Positions 54,511 to 64,000 of a DNA stretch of 64,000 nucleotides are shown here, piece after piece. The position numbers and the translations under genes were made by a program. The notes under the pieces are model-generated. The model had not been told where the DNA came from and ran no database searches. It worked only from the letters and a program-made list of their open reading frames with translations. Source of the stretch: Minisyncoccota bacterium (GTDB lineage: Bacteria > Patescibacteriota > Minisyncoccia > Phycocordibacterales > JAQTLZ01); assembly GCA_028714635.1 (NCBI GenBank), contig JAQTLZ010000001.1, positions 79,650-143,649 of the forward strand. Direction: 5' to 3'. Every line of letters begins with the position of its first letter. The first letter of the stretch is position 1.

Positions 54511-56790
54511 GTGAAGTTTCTTTCTTCTACGGCGAAACGTATCTTTTTTCTTTCCATACTGATCCTTTTGGGAGCAACTTTTTTTGCGTTCGGTGCGTCT
54601 GCTTCTCACACGGATGGGACAATTGATTCTACAAACAAGTATGCGAAATTTTACGACACGAGTCTCGGAACTATAAATTTTGGCGTGATCGGTTCTACAA
54701 CGCCCTGTACGACAGATGTCGTGCATGTAACCGATACTCTCATTACAGGATGCGTGTGGGGAGACCGCGTGGGATGGATAAATCTGACACCACCTGGTTG
54801 CGGAGTAACAAACGATGGAGAAGGAAATTTGGGAAATGCTTGTCCGAGTGGTGGAGCCTGGGGGGAACAAACCGGATGGGTAAATTTTCATCCAACTTTC
54901 AGCGGGGTAGCGCCGGTGACCATTGACTCCAACGGAGATTTTAACGGATATGCGTGGAGCCAAAATTACGGCTGGATTGTTTTTAATAAAGCGACACACG
55001 ATTTGGGAGTGGGGAATTTTAAAGTTTCTACTGACTGGAGACCCGCGAGTGCCCGAGCATTTCAATGTAGTGATAGTACTGATAATGATGGAGACACGAT
55101 AATCGACTATCCGGATGATCCGGGTTGTTCGACTGGAATTGATGATGATGAAACTGATCCTGTTTCAACTCCAACTCCTTCGCCAACTCCAGGAGGTAGC
55201 AGCGGGGGCGGCAGTACACCGACTCCTACCCCCGTAGTTACTCCGACCCCCACCCCAACTCCGGTAGGTGAGACGCCGACCCCTACTCCATTTGGAGCAA
55301 CTCCGACACCGATAGGCGGAACTCCAACACCAACCCCAGGTCCCGATGAACCTACGCCAACTCCAATCGGAGCGACACCGACTCCTGGGCCAGGCGAAAC
55401 GCCGACACCAACAACATCAGGTGAGCCTGGAGTGACCCCAACTCCGGGTCCAGGGGCTCCGACGCCGACGTCAGAACCATTTTTCCCGCCTCTTGATCTC
55501 CCTCCGCTCCCTCCGCTTCCCCCTGCCGTACAGAATGCAATTGATGCTGGAGCAACTACTGTGAGAGAAGTAATCAAAACTCCTTCCGGCGGAGTGCTTA
55601 CTAAAGTATTGCCGACTGTCGGAGTTGTTACGGAAGCGGGTGCTGCAGCAGGGGCTGTTTTTGCGACACCTATTGTGTTTTCAGAGCTTATCTTTTTGCC
55701 TCTTCGATTATGGAGCCTCCTTCTCGGTTTCTTTGGTCTGAAAAAGAAAAAACGCCAGCCGTGGGGAGTCGTCTACGACTCAATAACCAAACAGCCTCTC
55801 GATCCCGCATACGTTGTTCTTGAGGACGGGAAGGGTGAGGAAATCACTTCGTCAATCACCGACCTCGATGGCCGTTATGGATTTTTGCTTGAGCCTGGAA
55901 CGTATAAACTGGTGGCAAATAAAACGAACTATACATTCCCTTCTAAGGCACTTGCAGGCAAGACAGAAGACGTTCTCTACAAAGACCTCTATTTCGGCGA
56001 GCCGATCGTTGTGGGCCAAGCGGGGGAGACGGTTACAAAAAATATTCCGCTCGACCCAATAAAATTCGACTTCAATGAATTTGCAAAAGGCAAGCAACAG
56101 CTTACGAAATTCTATTCAAAGCATGATGTTCTCATTCACAGAATTTCAAACATCTTTTTCTACGTCGGTCTTGTTATCGCTTTTGCCGCGCTTCTCGTTG
56201 CTCCAGAGCCTTACAATATTATTGTCTTCGTTGTGTACCTCTTTATGCTTGCTCTTAAATACTTTGTCTTCCGACCGACGCCGACTGGCAGTCTTATTGA
56301 TAAAGAAACCAAGTTTCCACTTTCATTTGCAATCGTTCGCGTGTTTTCTGTAAGCCTTGGTCGAGAGATGACGCATCGAGTTGCCGATATTCACGGCAGA
56401 TACTACTGTCTTGTTCCATTCGGGAACTACTACGTTACAGTTGAAAAGAAAAATGATGACGGAACATACACGAAAGTCTTCACTTCTCCAACCATTCAGG
56501 CAGGGAAGAGCGGAATGATCAAAGAGAGCTACACCATTTCAACTTCCGGAGTGCTGAAGGACCAAACTCCTCCTCCGCCCAACCCTCCAACAAATCCACC
56601 ATTACCTCCGCCGACCCCACCAACACCTACACCACCGACGACTCCGCCTGCACCACTAACTCCGGCTCCTGCCCCAGTTCCGCCAACGCCAGCTCCCGTA
56701 CCTCTCTATGCTGGAAATCCCGATCCAACAGTCCAAAACAAAATTCCACCAGCATCGAATCCGCCAATACCTCCAGCTCCTGCGGTCTAA
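54511..56790 (+). CDS. Large secreted/membrane protein: signal peptide, GW-motif N-domain, ~140-aa Pro/Thr linker, several TM helices, two carboxypeptidase-regulatory-like beta-sandwich domains, Pro-rich C-terminus
   Basis: [31 protein letters not shown]. Repeated GWINL/GWVNF/GWIVFN. The TPTPTP...PPLPPLPP linker. DLDGRYGF...[14 protein letters not shown] and [18 protein letters not shown] show the CarboxypepD_reg-like pattern. Confidence 0.6.
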   Translation: MKFLSSTAKRIFFLSILILLGATFFAFGASASHTDGTIDSTNKYAKFYDTSLGTINFGVIGSTTPCTTDVVHVTDTLITGCVWGDRVGWINLTPPGCGVTNDGEGNLGNACPSGGAWGEQTGWVNFHPTFSGVAPVTIDSNGDFNGYAWSQNYGWIVFNKATHDLGVGNFKVSTDWRPASARAFQCSDSTDNDGDTIIDYPDDPGCSTGIDDDETDPVSTPTPSPTPGGSSGGGSTPTPTPVVTPTPTPTPVGETPTPTPFGATPTPIGGTPTPTPGPDEPTPTPIGATPTPGPGETPTPTTSGEPGVTPTPGPGAPTPTSEPFFPPLDLPPLPPLPPAVQNAIDAGATTVREVIKTPSGGVLTKVLPTVGVVTEAGAAAGAVFATPIVFSELIFLPLRLWSLLLGFFGLKKKKRQPWGVVYDSITKQPLDPAYVVLEDGKGEEITSSITDLDGRYGFLLEPGTYKLVANKTNYTFPSKALAGKTEDVLYKDLYFGEPIVVGQAGETVTKNIPLDPIKFDFNEFAKGKQQLTKFYSKHDVLIHRISNIFFYVGLVIAFAALLVAPEPYNIIVFVVYLFMLALKYFVFRPTPTGSLIDKETKFPLSFAIVRVFSVSLGREMTHRVADIHGRYYCLVPFGNYYVTVEKKNDDGTYTKVFTSPTIQAGKSGMIKESYTISTSGVLKDQTPPPPNPPTNPPLPPPTPPTPTPPTTPPAPLTPAPAPVPPTPAPVPLYAGNPDPTVQNKIPPASNPPIPPAPAV

Positions 56791-56815
56791 ACCTCAATTC
56801 TGTTATACTTTTACT

Positions 56816-57316
56816 ATGAAAGACTTGATTATTCTCTCTGGTGCTCCAGGAAGCGGCAAATCGACTATCGCGGAACTTCTTCAGAAAGAACTTCAGTGTC
56901 CCTATATTGATTTTGGCTGGCTTCGTGAATTTCATTTGAAACCAGATTGGAGTGATGCTAGTGAAAAAGAAGAGGGAATTGCTTTCGACAATCTAGTCTA
57001 CATTCTCCGAAATTATATAAAAAATGGATATAAAAACATCCTCGTCTCTGATTTAACAGATGAAAGGGTACAGATGTGTCCAGAATTATTTTCGAAAGAT
57101 AATTTCGTAATTCTTTCTCTTGTGGTAGATTCCGATAAAGAACTCAAAAACAGAATAACGATTCGTAATAGCGGCTTCGTCAATACAGAGAAAGCTCTCG
57201 CTTGGAATCAAAAATTGAAAGAAAGAAAATTATTAAAGAATGAATACAAAATAGATAATACTGAGAATGATCCCAGGGCGACTTTTCAGAAAGTATTGAA
57301 AATAATACAAAGTTAG
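56816..57316 (+). CDS. P-loop NTPase, small kinase-like (AAA_33/chloramphenicol phosphotransferase-like)
   Basis: MKDLIILSGAPGSGKSTIAELL is a Walker A motif. 166 aa. The ORF-track start at 56708 is an extension overlapping the upstream gene. Confidence 0.55.
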   Translation: MKDLIILSGAPGSGKSTIAELLQKELQCPYIDFGWLREFHLKPDWSDASEKEEGIAFDNLVYILRNYIKNGYKNILVSDLTDERVQMCPELFSKDNFVILSLVVDSDKELKNRITIRNSGFVNTEKALAWNQKLKERKLLKNEYKIDNTENDPRATFQKVLKIIQS

Positions 57317-57346
57317 ATTTAGCACTAAAGCGACCTACAACTTTCC

Positions 57347-57472
57347 GGAAACATCGCGGAAGCCACGGGCATGGTCTGTCAACGTCCCCGCCCTGTAAGA
57401 GGCGGGGCTCATTGACAGCCGTGAGCTGAGCGTGAGGAAAATTCCGTCGCAGGCGGAATTATTCTGGTTTCC
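57347..57472. ncRNA. Structured GC-rich intergenic element: closing stem GGAAAC/GUUUCC around two perfect hairpins; candidate sRNA or complex terminator
   Basis: Hairpin 1 at 57376-57418 (CTGTCAA..TCCCCGCC-CTGTAAGA-GGCGGGG..TTGACAG). Hairpin 2 at 57440-57460 (AATTCCG-TCGCAGG-CGGAATT). About 58% GC. It lies between convergent genes and has no U-tracts. Confidence 0.3.
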
Positions 57473-57493
57473 GAAAAGTTCGTGGGGAGCGGC

Positions 57494-57871
57494 CTATTTG
57501 AGTATCGACTCCGCTTCCTTAATAATATCTTCAGGAGTTACTGTTGCCTTAATGAGATATGTTGTAACGCCGAGTTTTTGTCCTTGTTTGATCTGATCGT
57601 CGGAACCGAAATTTGAAAGGATGACAATCGGAATCATTTTTGTTGATTCGCTGGCTTTGAGTCTCTTCACCGTTTCAAATCCGTCAATTCCAGGAAGAAG
57701 CACGTCACAGAGAATGAGTTGCGGCTTTCCTTCTTCTGCCATCTTGAGTCCTTCTTCTCCGCTTCCTGCGTGAGACATGACCGCTCCAACTTTCCCTAAC
57801 TTTTTCGTGACGAGATCAGCAAAGAATGCATCGTCTTCAATAATAAGAATCTTTTTATTTTCTATAGACAT
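57494..57871 (-). CDS. Stand-alone response regulator receiver domain (CheY-like)
   Basis: ILIIEDDAFFADL...LILCDVLLPGIDGFE...IPIVILSNFG...K gives the receiver D-D-D-T/S-K residues in order. 125 aa with no output domain. Confidence 0.8.
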   Translation of the reverse strand: MSIENKKILIIEDDAFFADLVTKKLGKVGAVMSHAGSGEEGLKMAEEGKPQLILCDVLLPGIDGFETVKRLKASESTKMIPIVILSNFGSDDQIKQGQKLGVTTYLIKATVTPEDIIKEAESILK

Positions 57872-57980
57872 ATGATTGTATTAATCTTGTAGAAGAGACT
57901 ATAGCATACAGGATAAAAACATCCATCCCCAAGGCGGTTTGAGAGGGGAATAAGTTATCCCCAACGCTCTTTTTACCCTG

Positions 57981-58009
57981 TTGACATTCAATTTGAAAAG
58001 GAATATAAT
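57981..58009 (+). promoter_or_regulatory. Perfect-consensus sigma70 promoter TTGACA-17-TATAAT in the rpoB leader
   Basis: ttgaca ttcaatttgaaaaggaa tataat, read directly. It lies about 205 nt upstream of the rpoB ATG. Confidence 0.55.
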
Positions 58010-58121
58010 TCTGCCACTTCAGCAAGATTGAGTCACGGGTGATTTTCGTCATTATTTAGAGCCATTTTGGCTCTTTAAGCATTGCATATCTTGCAACACA
58101 AGACGAAATAAATAATAAAAA

Positions 58122-58160
58122 ACAAAAAAGTGCTCGGCAACGGGCGACTTTTTTGTTTTG
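58122..58160 (+). promoter_or_regulatory. Hairpin plus U-run (attenuator-like) within the rpoB leader
   Basis: ACAAAAAAGTGCTCGGCAACGGGCGACTTTTTTGTTTTGT. The flanking A6/T6 arms pair around a GC core. It lies about 55 nt upstream of the rpoB ATG. Confidence 0.4.
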
Positions 58161-58214
58161 TGCGCGCAAAGAGCTTTTATTAATCTTTATTATTAGCATT
58201 AGTAGAAAAAACCT

Positions 58215-61200
58215 ATGGAAACATCTTCAAACGTAGTGGCTAGTCCGAAAGAAAAGAAAATGGAAGTGTCTGTGCTGACAGTTGGACAGAGACCGAAGAA
58301 ATATTTCGGAAGATGGAAAAAGGCTCTGACCCCTATGCCAAACTTGGTGGAATCCCAAGTGGCTTCTTTCAAGTGGCTCATGGAAGAGGGGATCAAGGAG
58401 GTGTTCAAGGAATTTTCTCCAATCAAAGACTATTCGGAAAAGAAATTTGATCTCGAGTTCACAAAAATTGAGCTCGGATTTCCGAAACTCGACGAATTTG
58501 AATCAAAACGAAAGAAATTTTCATACGAAGCGCCTCTCAAAGTTACAGTAAAGCTCAAAAATAAGATCCTTGGTGAGACGAAAGAACAGGAAATTTTCAT
58601 GGCGGACTTTCCATTCATGACAAGCCACGGAACATTCATTATTAACGGTGTAGAGCGTGTTATTGTTCCACAGCTCGCGCGTTCTTTCGGAGTATTTTTC
58701 ACTGCAACAGAAATCAAGGCCAAGAAATATTTTGGCGCAAAGATCATCCCTTCCCGAGGAGCATGGGTAGAAATTGAAACAGACGTAGACAATACGTTCT
58801 ATGTTCGCATTGACCGAAAGCGAAAATTCTCCCTTGCATCTCTCCTTCGCGTTATGGGCGCTCCGACAGACGAGAAAATTCTCGCGCTTTTCAAAGGAAA
58901 TTCCACTGCGACTGAATACATTAAAAACTCAATCGAAAAAGATCCAGCAAAATCTGCTGATGATTCTGCGATTGAAATTCACAAGCGACTTCGAGACGGA
59001 GATCTTGCAACACCTGACAACGCGCGAGAATTTATCGAATCTATTTTCGGAACAGAACGATACGATCTCTCGAAAGTGGGACGATTCCGATTCAACAGCC
59101 GATTTGCAAAGAGCATGGCGGAAAAAGATATCGAAAAGAGAACCCTTACTCTCGATGATCTTGTTACCATCATCAATCACCTTATTGTATTGAACACAAC
59201 TCCCGGCTCTCTTCCAGATGATATCGATCACCTCGGTTCCCGACGTGTTCGATATGTGGGAGAGCTTATGCAACAGAAAATTCGTGTTGGAATGAGCCAG
59301 ATGAAACGAAATATTCAAAACAGGATGTCTACTATAGACACGAACATGACGCTTCCTGTGCATTTTATTTCTCCAAAACCGCTTCAAGCTCGACTTAAGG
59401 AATTCTTCACGACCAACCAGCTCTCACAATTTATGCAGCAGGAAAATGCGCTCACGGAAATCGAGCATCTTCGAACCCTTTCCACGCTCGGTCCCGGCGG
59501 TCTTACTCGTTCTCGAGCAGGATTCGAAGTTCGAGACGTGCACCCTTCGCACTACGGAAGACTTTGTCCTATCCACACCCCAGAAGGTCCGAACATCGGT
59601 CTTATCTTGCGCCTCGCTCTCTATTCTCGAATCAATGATTTCGGAATGATCGAGACTCCTTATGCGAAAGTAAAGAATGGAAAGATCACTGACGAAGTTT
59701 TGTATTTGAACGCTCTCGAAGAGGAGAAATTTAATATTGCTCACGCTGCGACTAACTATGACGAAGAGGGAAATATTCTCGACGAAAAAGTTGAAGTTCG
59801 CATCGAAGGAGATCCGGGTCTTGTAGATAAAAATAAAGTTGATTTTATTGACGTGGCAACGAATCAGGCATTTTCTGTTGCAACCTCCCTTATTCCATTC
59901 CTAAACCACGATGATGCAAACCGAGCGCTCATGGGTTCGAACATGCAGAAGCAGGCAACTCCTTGTATCTTGCCTGAAGCTCCGCTTGTTGCGACTGGAA
60001 TTGAGGCAAAAGCAGTTCGAGACACAGGACGACTTGTCATCGCGAGTGAAGAAGGAACAGTTACTCACGTAGATGCTGATCGAGTTGTCGTCAAAAATAC
60101 AAAAGGAAAAGAGCAAGAAACTCGGCTTGTGCATTTCTCACGAACAAACGGATTTACTTCTTTCCACCAAAGACCAGCAGTGAATGTCGGTCAAAAAGTG
60201 AAGAAAGGAGATGTGCTCGTTGATACCTCTTCTTCCGATGCGGGGGAGATGGCTCTTGGACAAAATATTCTTGTTGCCTTCATGTCATGGAGTGGTAGCA
60301 ACTACGAAGACGCTATCATTCTTTCTGAAAGACTGGTGCGAGAGAGTAAATTCAGCTCTGTCCACATCGAGGAATTTACCGTAAACGTCCGCGACACCAA
60401 ACTCGGTCCCGAAATTACCACCCACGATATTCCAAACGTCGGAGAAGCGAAACTCAAGAATCTTGATGAAGAAGGAATTATCCGCGTTGGTGCAGAAGTA
60501 CGCCCTGGCGATATTCTTGTTGGTAAAATTACTCCAAAAGGTGAGACACAGCTTACTCCTGAAGAAAGACTTCTTCGATCACTCTTCGGTGAAAAGGCTC
60601 GAGACGTCAAAGACACTTCAAAGAGAATTGAAAACGGAAAGCGGGGACGTGTTATCGGCGTACAAGTATTCTCCCGAGAAAAAGGAGACAAGCTTGAATC
60701 TGGAATCATAAAGAAAATCCATATTGAAGTTGCACAGCTTCGAAGCGTGTCTGTGGGAGACAAGCTTGCAGGACGACACGGAAACAAAGGAGTTATTTCA
60801 AAGATTCTTCCTATCGAGGATATGCCGCACATGGAAGATGGAACTCCGATCGATATTATTTTGACTCCTCTTGGTGTGCCATCACGTATGAACTTGGGAC
60901 AGATTCTCGAGCTTCACCTCGGACTTGCTGCGCATACTTTGAATTACCAAGCAGTTGTTCCTCCATTTGCCGGAGCGACTCACGCTGAAATCAAAGGAGA
61001 GCTCAAAAAGGCAGGATACAGCGAGGATGGAAAGATGAAGCTCTATGACGGACGAACTGGAATGGCATTCGAGCAAAATATTGCAGTCGGATACATGTAC
61101 ATCTTGAAACTTCACCATATGGTGGAAGACAAGATCCATATGCGTTCAATCGGTCCCTACTCTCTCATTACCCAACAGCCTCTTGGAGGAAAGGCACAGG

Positions 61201-61469
61201 GAGGAGGCCAGCGATTTGGAGAAATGGAAGTCTGGGCGCTCCTTGGTCACGGTGCCGCTCATACTCTGCGCGAGGTGTTGACCGTAAAATCAGATGATAT
61301 TGTAGGACGTTCTGCTGCATTCGATGCAATCGTGAAGGGCATGCCAATTCCAGAACCGAATATTCCTGCTTCATTCAACGTGCTCCTCAACAACCTTCGA
61401 GGACTCGCGCTTGATATCGAACTCAAAAAAGACAAAAAATCATTATCAGCTAATTCATCAGAGAAGTAA
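58215..61469 (+). CDS. rpoB: DNA-directed RNA polymerase beta subunit
   Basis: FMTSHGTFIINGVERVIV, GRHGNKGV, LGGKAQGGGQRFGEMEVWAL and the Rif-region motifs are present. 1084 aa. Confidence 0.95.
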   Translation: METSSNVVASPKEKKMEVSVLTVGQRPKKYFGRWKKALTPMPNLVESQVASFKWLMEEGIKEVFKEFSPIKDYSEKKFDLEFTKIELGFPKLDEFESKRKKFSYEAPLKVTVKLKNKILGETKEQEIFMADFPFMTSHGTFIINGVERVIVPQLARSFGVFFTATEIKAKKYFGAKIIPSRGAWVEIETDVDNTFYVRIDRKRKFSLASLLRVMGAPTDEKILALFKGNSTATEYIKNSIEKDPAKSADDSAIEIHKRLRDGDLATPDNAREFIESIFGTERYDLSKVGRFRFNSRFAKSMAEKDIEKRTLTLDDLVTIINHLIVLNTTPGSLPDDIDHLGSRRVRYVGELMQQKIRVGMSQMKRNIQNRMSTIDTNMTLPVHFISPKPLQARLKEFFTTNQLSQFMQQENALTEIEHLRTLSTLGPGGLTRSRAGFEVRDVHPSHYGRLCPIHTPEGPNIGLILRLALYSRINDFGMIETPYAKVKNGKITDEVLYLNALEEEKFNIAHAATNYDEEGNILDEKVEVRIEGDPGLVDKNKVDFIDVATNQAFSVATSLIPFLNHDDANRALMGSNMQKQATPCILPEAPLVATGIEAKAVRDTGRLVIASEEGTVTHVDADRVVVKNTKGKEQETRLVHFSRTNGFTSFHQRPAVNVGQKVKKGDVLVDTSSSDAGEMALGQNILVAFMSWSGSNYEDAIILSERLVRESKFSSVHIEEFTVNVRDTKLGPEITTHDIPNVGEAKLKNLDEEGIIRVGAEVRPGDILVGKITPKGETQLTPEERLLRSLFGEKARDVKDTSKRIENGKRGRVIGVQVFSREKGDKLESGIIKKIHIEVAQLRSVSVGDKLAGRHGNKGVISKILPIEDMPHMEDGTPIDIILTPLGVPSRMNLGQILELHLGLAAHTLNYQAVVPPFAGATHAEIKGELKKAGYSEDGKMKLYDGRTGMAFEQNIAVGYMYILKLHHMVEDKIHMRSIGPYSLITQQPLGGKAQGGGQRFGEMEVWALLGHGAAHTLREVLTVKSDDIVGRSAAFDAIVKGMPIPEPNIPASFNVLLNNLRGLALDIELKKDKKSLSANSSEK

Positions 61470-61544
61470 TCTGACAGCGGATAGCGTCGAGCGGATAGGG
61501 GATTCCTAAACGCTAAACGCTTTACGCTAAACCCTGTTAAAACT

Positions 61545-64000
61545 ATGAAAACAAACATCACAAAACCGGGAGATTTGAATGAGTTCGACATGATCACGTT
61601 GAAGCTCGCTTCTCCTGATCGAATTAAAGAATGGTCATTTGGAGAGGTTTTGAAGCCGGAGACAATCAACTACCGAACCCAGCGTTCTGAAAAGAGCGGG
61701 CTATTCGATGAAAAGATATTCGGACCTGACCGGGATTTCGAATGTTACTGCGGAAAATACCGGGGAGTGCGATATAAAGGAATTGTCTGCGAGAAATGCG
61801 GAGTGGAGATCACACGTTCAATAGTGCGACGAGAACGAATGGGACACATCGAGCTTGCGACGCCAGTTTCTCATATTTGGTTTCTCCGAAGCATGCCATC
61901 TCGAATCGGAATGATCCTCGGCATGAATACTGCTGACCTTGAAAAAGTTATCTATTTTGCTGGGTACATCATCACGAAAGTTGATGAGGCAGAGAGAGCA
62001 AGAATTTTGAAAGACGTAGATTCTGAATACAAAGCAAAAGTGAAGCCTCTCGTTGATGAAAAATCTCGGGACGCGATCAAAGAAAAACTTTCTGCAACTA
62101 AGAAAGAAATTGAAGCTATTCAGGAAGGAATGGTGCTCGATGAGGTTTCGTATCACAACTACTCCGTAAAATACGGCACGCTTTTTGAGGCTGGAATCGG
62201 AGCTGAAGCGGTCTATAATATTTTCCGAAAGATCGACCTCGGGAAACTCGCGAAAAATCTTGAAGCGGAAATTGAGAAGGCTGGCCCAATGAAGACAGAG
62301 AAGCTCAACAAGAGATTGAGTCTCGTGAAATCAATGATCAATACCGAGATTCGTCCAGAATGGATGTTCCTCACTTCTATTCCAGTTATTCCTCCCGCAC
62401 TTCGACCGATGGTCCCATTGGATGGAGGACGATATGCGACATCAGATGTAAACGATCTTTACCGACGCGTCATCAACCGAAATAATCGTCTCAAGAAACT
62501 CAAAGAGATTTTTGCTCCGGATGTAATCTTGCGAAACGAGAAAAGAATTCTTCAGGAAGCAGTTGACGCTCTTGTTGATAACTCTATCCGACATGGAGGA
62601 GGTTCTTCAGCTGCACTCACCCAATCACAAAGACGAGCACTCAAATCTCTCTCAGATAACCTGAAAGGAAAGCGAGGACTTTTCAGACAAAATCTTCTTG
62701 GAAAACGAGTAGACTATTCTGGACGTTCTGTGATCGTTGTCGGACCTGAACTCAAACTCAATCAATGCGGCCTTCCAAAGCACATGGCGCTTGAACTTTT
62801 CCGACCATTCGTTGTTTCAAAACTTCTTGAACGAGAACTTGCTTATAACATTCGTGGAGCAGGACGACTTATCGATGACGGTATCGCGGAAGTGTGGGCG
62901 ATTCTTGAAGAAGTCATTTCTAACAAATATGTGCTTTTGAACCGCGCACCGACCCTTCACCGACTTGGTATTCAAGCTTTCAAACCTATTCTTATTGAAG
63001 GAAATGCTATTCAAGTGCACCCGCTTGTTTGTACCGCTTTCAACGCTGACTTCGATGGAGACCAGATGGCTGTTCACGTTCCGCTTTCTCGCGAAGCACA
63101 AATCGAGGCAAAGGAAATCATGGCGTCGGACAAAAACATCTTAAAACCTGGATCAGGAAACATCGTTATTTCCGTGGACAAGCTCGACATCGTGCTCGGC
63201 TGTTACTGGATGACCACAATTATTCCGGGCGAAAAAGGCGAAGGAAAATATTTCTCTCGACCAAATACCGCTATCACTACATACGATTTCGGCGAGGTGT
63301 CATACCGAGCACTCATTAAAGTGCTTCCGACTGAAGATATTCGTTATGCGAAATTCGAAGGAAAGATATTCGAAACCTCTGTAGGCCGGCTTCTTTTCAA
63401 CTCTGTTCTTCCAAAAGATTATCCGTACGTGAACGAGGAAATGACCCGAAAGAAAATGTCTGTGCTTGTTGATGATCTCATCGATAGGTATGGAATTTAC
63501 AACGTCGCGGACATTGTGGACAAGATCAAAGCATTCGGCTTCAAACACGCTACCCTTTCCGGAACCACCTGGGGAATTGATGATATTCAGGAACCGAAAG
63601 ACAAAATGAAGGTTATCAATGAAGCAAAAGTGCAAGCTGAAACTGTTCAGGAGCAATTCAATGAAGGTCTTCTTTCAGCAGAAGAACGGCTTCGAAAGAA
63701 TGTTGAAATTTGGCACAAGGCGAAAAATGAAGTTGAAAAGCTCATGCCAGACACACTTGTAAAGCACGGCTCTGTCTATGACATGATCAATTCCGGTGCC
63801 CGAGGTTCGTTCTCTCAGATCACTCAAATGGCTGGTATGAAAGGTCTTATCACCAATACCGCCGGAGAGACGATCGAATTCCCAATTCTTTCTTCAAGCA
63901 AAAACGGTCTTACTCCGATCGAATATTTCATTACCACTCACGGTTCTCGAAAAGGTTTGACTGACACCGCTCTCAACACGGCAAAAGCAGGATATCTCAC
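61545..64000 (+). CDS. rpoC: DNA-directed RNA polymerase beta-prime subunit (5' part; continues past the window end)
   Basis: The zinc finger CYCGKYRGVRYKGIVCEKCGVE, NADFDGDQMAVH (catalytic DFDGD) and RGLTDTALNTA are present. No stop occurs before the window end, which is why it is missing from the ORF track. Confidence 0.95.
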   Translation, partial: MKTNITKPGDLNEFDMITLKLASPDRIKEWSFGEVLKPETINYRTQRSEKSGLFDEKIFGPDRDFECYCGKYRGVRYKGIVCEKCGVEITRSIVRRERMGHIELATPVSHIWFLRSMPSRIGMILGMNTADLEKVIYFAGYIITKVDEAERARILKDVDSEYKAKVKPLVDEKSRDAIKEKLSATKKEIEAIQEGMVLDEVSYHNYSVKYGTLFEAGIGAEAVYNIFRKIDLGKLAKNLEAEIEKAGPMKTEKLNKRLSLVKSMINTEIRPEWMFLTSIPVIPPALRPMVPLDGGRYATSDVNDLYRRVINRNNRLKKLKEIFAPDVILRNEKRILQEAVDALVDNSIRHGGGSSAALTQSQRRALKSLSDNLKGKRGLFRQNLLGKRVDYSGRSVIVVGPELKLNQCGLPKHMALELFRPFVVSKLLERELAYNIRGAGRLIDDGIAEVWAILEEVISNKYVLLNRAPTLHRLGIQAFKPILIEGNAIQVHPLVCTAFNADFDGDQMAVHVPLSREAQIEAKEIMASDKNILKPGSGNIVISVDKLDIVLGCYWMTTIIPGEKGEGKYFSRPNTAITTYDFGEVSYRALIKVLPTEDIRYAKFEGKIFETSVGRLLFNSVLPKDYPYVNEEMTRKKMSVLVDDLIDRYGIYNVADIVDKIKAFGFKHATLSGTTWGIDDIQEPKDKMKVINEAKVQAETVQEQFNEGLLSAEERLRKNVEIWHKAKNEVEKLMPDTLVKHGSVYDMINSGARGSFSQITQMAGMKGLITNTAGETIEFPILSSSKNGLTPIEYFITTHGSRKGLTDTALNTAKAGYL

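Noticed and set aside
1-64000. Alternative genetic code (UGA=Gly, code 25) as in some reduced-genome lineages
   Set aside because: Conserved genes (fba, gyrB, dnaE, carB, rpoB) all terminate at TGA, TAA or TAG positions consistent with full-length homologs, and RF1 is present. The standard code 11 fits.
1-64000. Transposase, integrase, prophage or conjugative genes
   Set aside because: I looked for DDE, tyrosine or serine recombinase, capsid, terminase or relaxase motifs among all ORFs over 100 aa and found none. The only mobile-type gene is the HNH endonuclease.

Overview
The window is a low-GC (~42%), gene-dense bacterial chromosome segment dominated by conserved informational genes. Those I can recognise: rplY, rpmE, prfA, rpsB, tsf, tRNA-Thr, pheS, pheT, gyrB, def, thrS, dnaE, rnhB, rpmF, rnc, smc, rnr, rpsP, carA, carB, trmD, rpoB, and the start of rpoC. 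TGA functions as a stop codon throughout, so the standard code 11 applies. Several proteins are noticeably short (PheS lacks its N-terminal domain; EF-Ts is 195 aa; SMC is 755 aa), and Pro/Thr-rich surface proteins are common; from this I infer a reduced genome of the Patescibacteria/CPR type. Among the core genes lie four envelope modules: a GT2 plus two GT-C membrane glycosyltransferases; a processive cellulose-synthase-like GT2 with a PEGA-domain protein; a sortase flanked by a CARDB protein and a repeat-rich PKD-like protein; and a 759-aa multi-TM surface protein. An HNH endonuclease follows tRNA-Thr. The most unusual signal I see is a dispersed set of at least eleven GC-rich genes (about 48-58% GC, mostly small orphans). 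Each carries a canonical GGAGG Shine-Dalgarno, often its own promoter or terminator, and sits alone or paired between SD-less housekeeping genes. One of these has a 10-nt homopolymeric G/C tract at its ribosome-binding site. Other points are a NusB-NUDIX fusion, a hinge-less short SMC followed by an unknown 524-aa membrane protein, two unexplained structured GC-rich noncoding elements, and attenuator-like hairpins before carA and rpoB. I found no CRISPR array, transposase or integrase.
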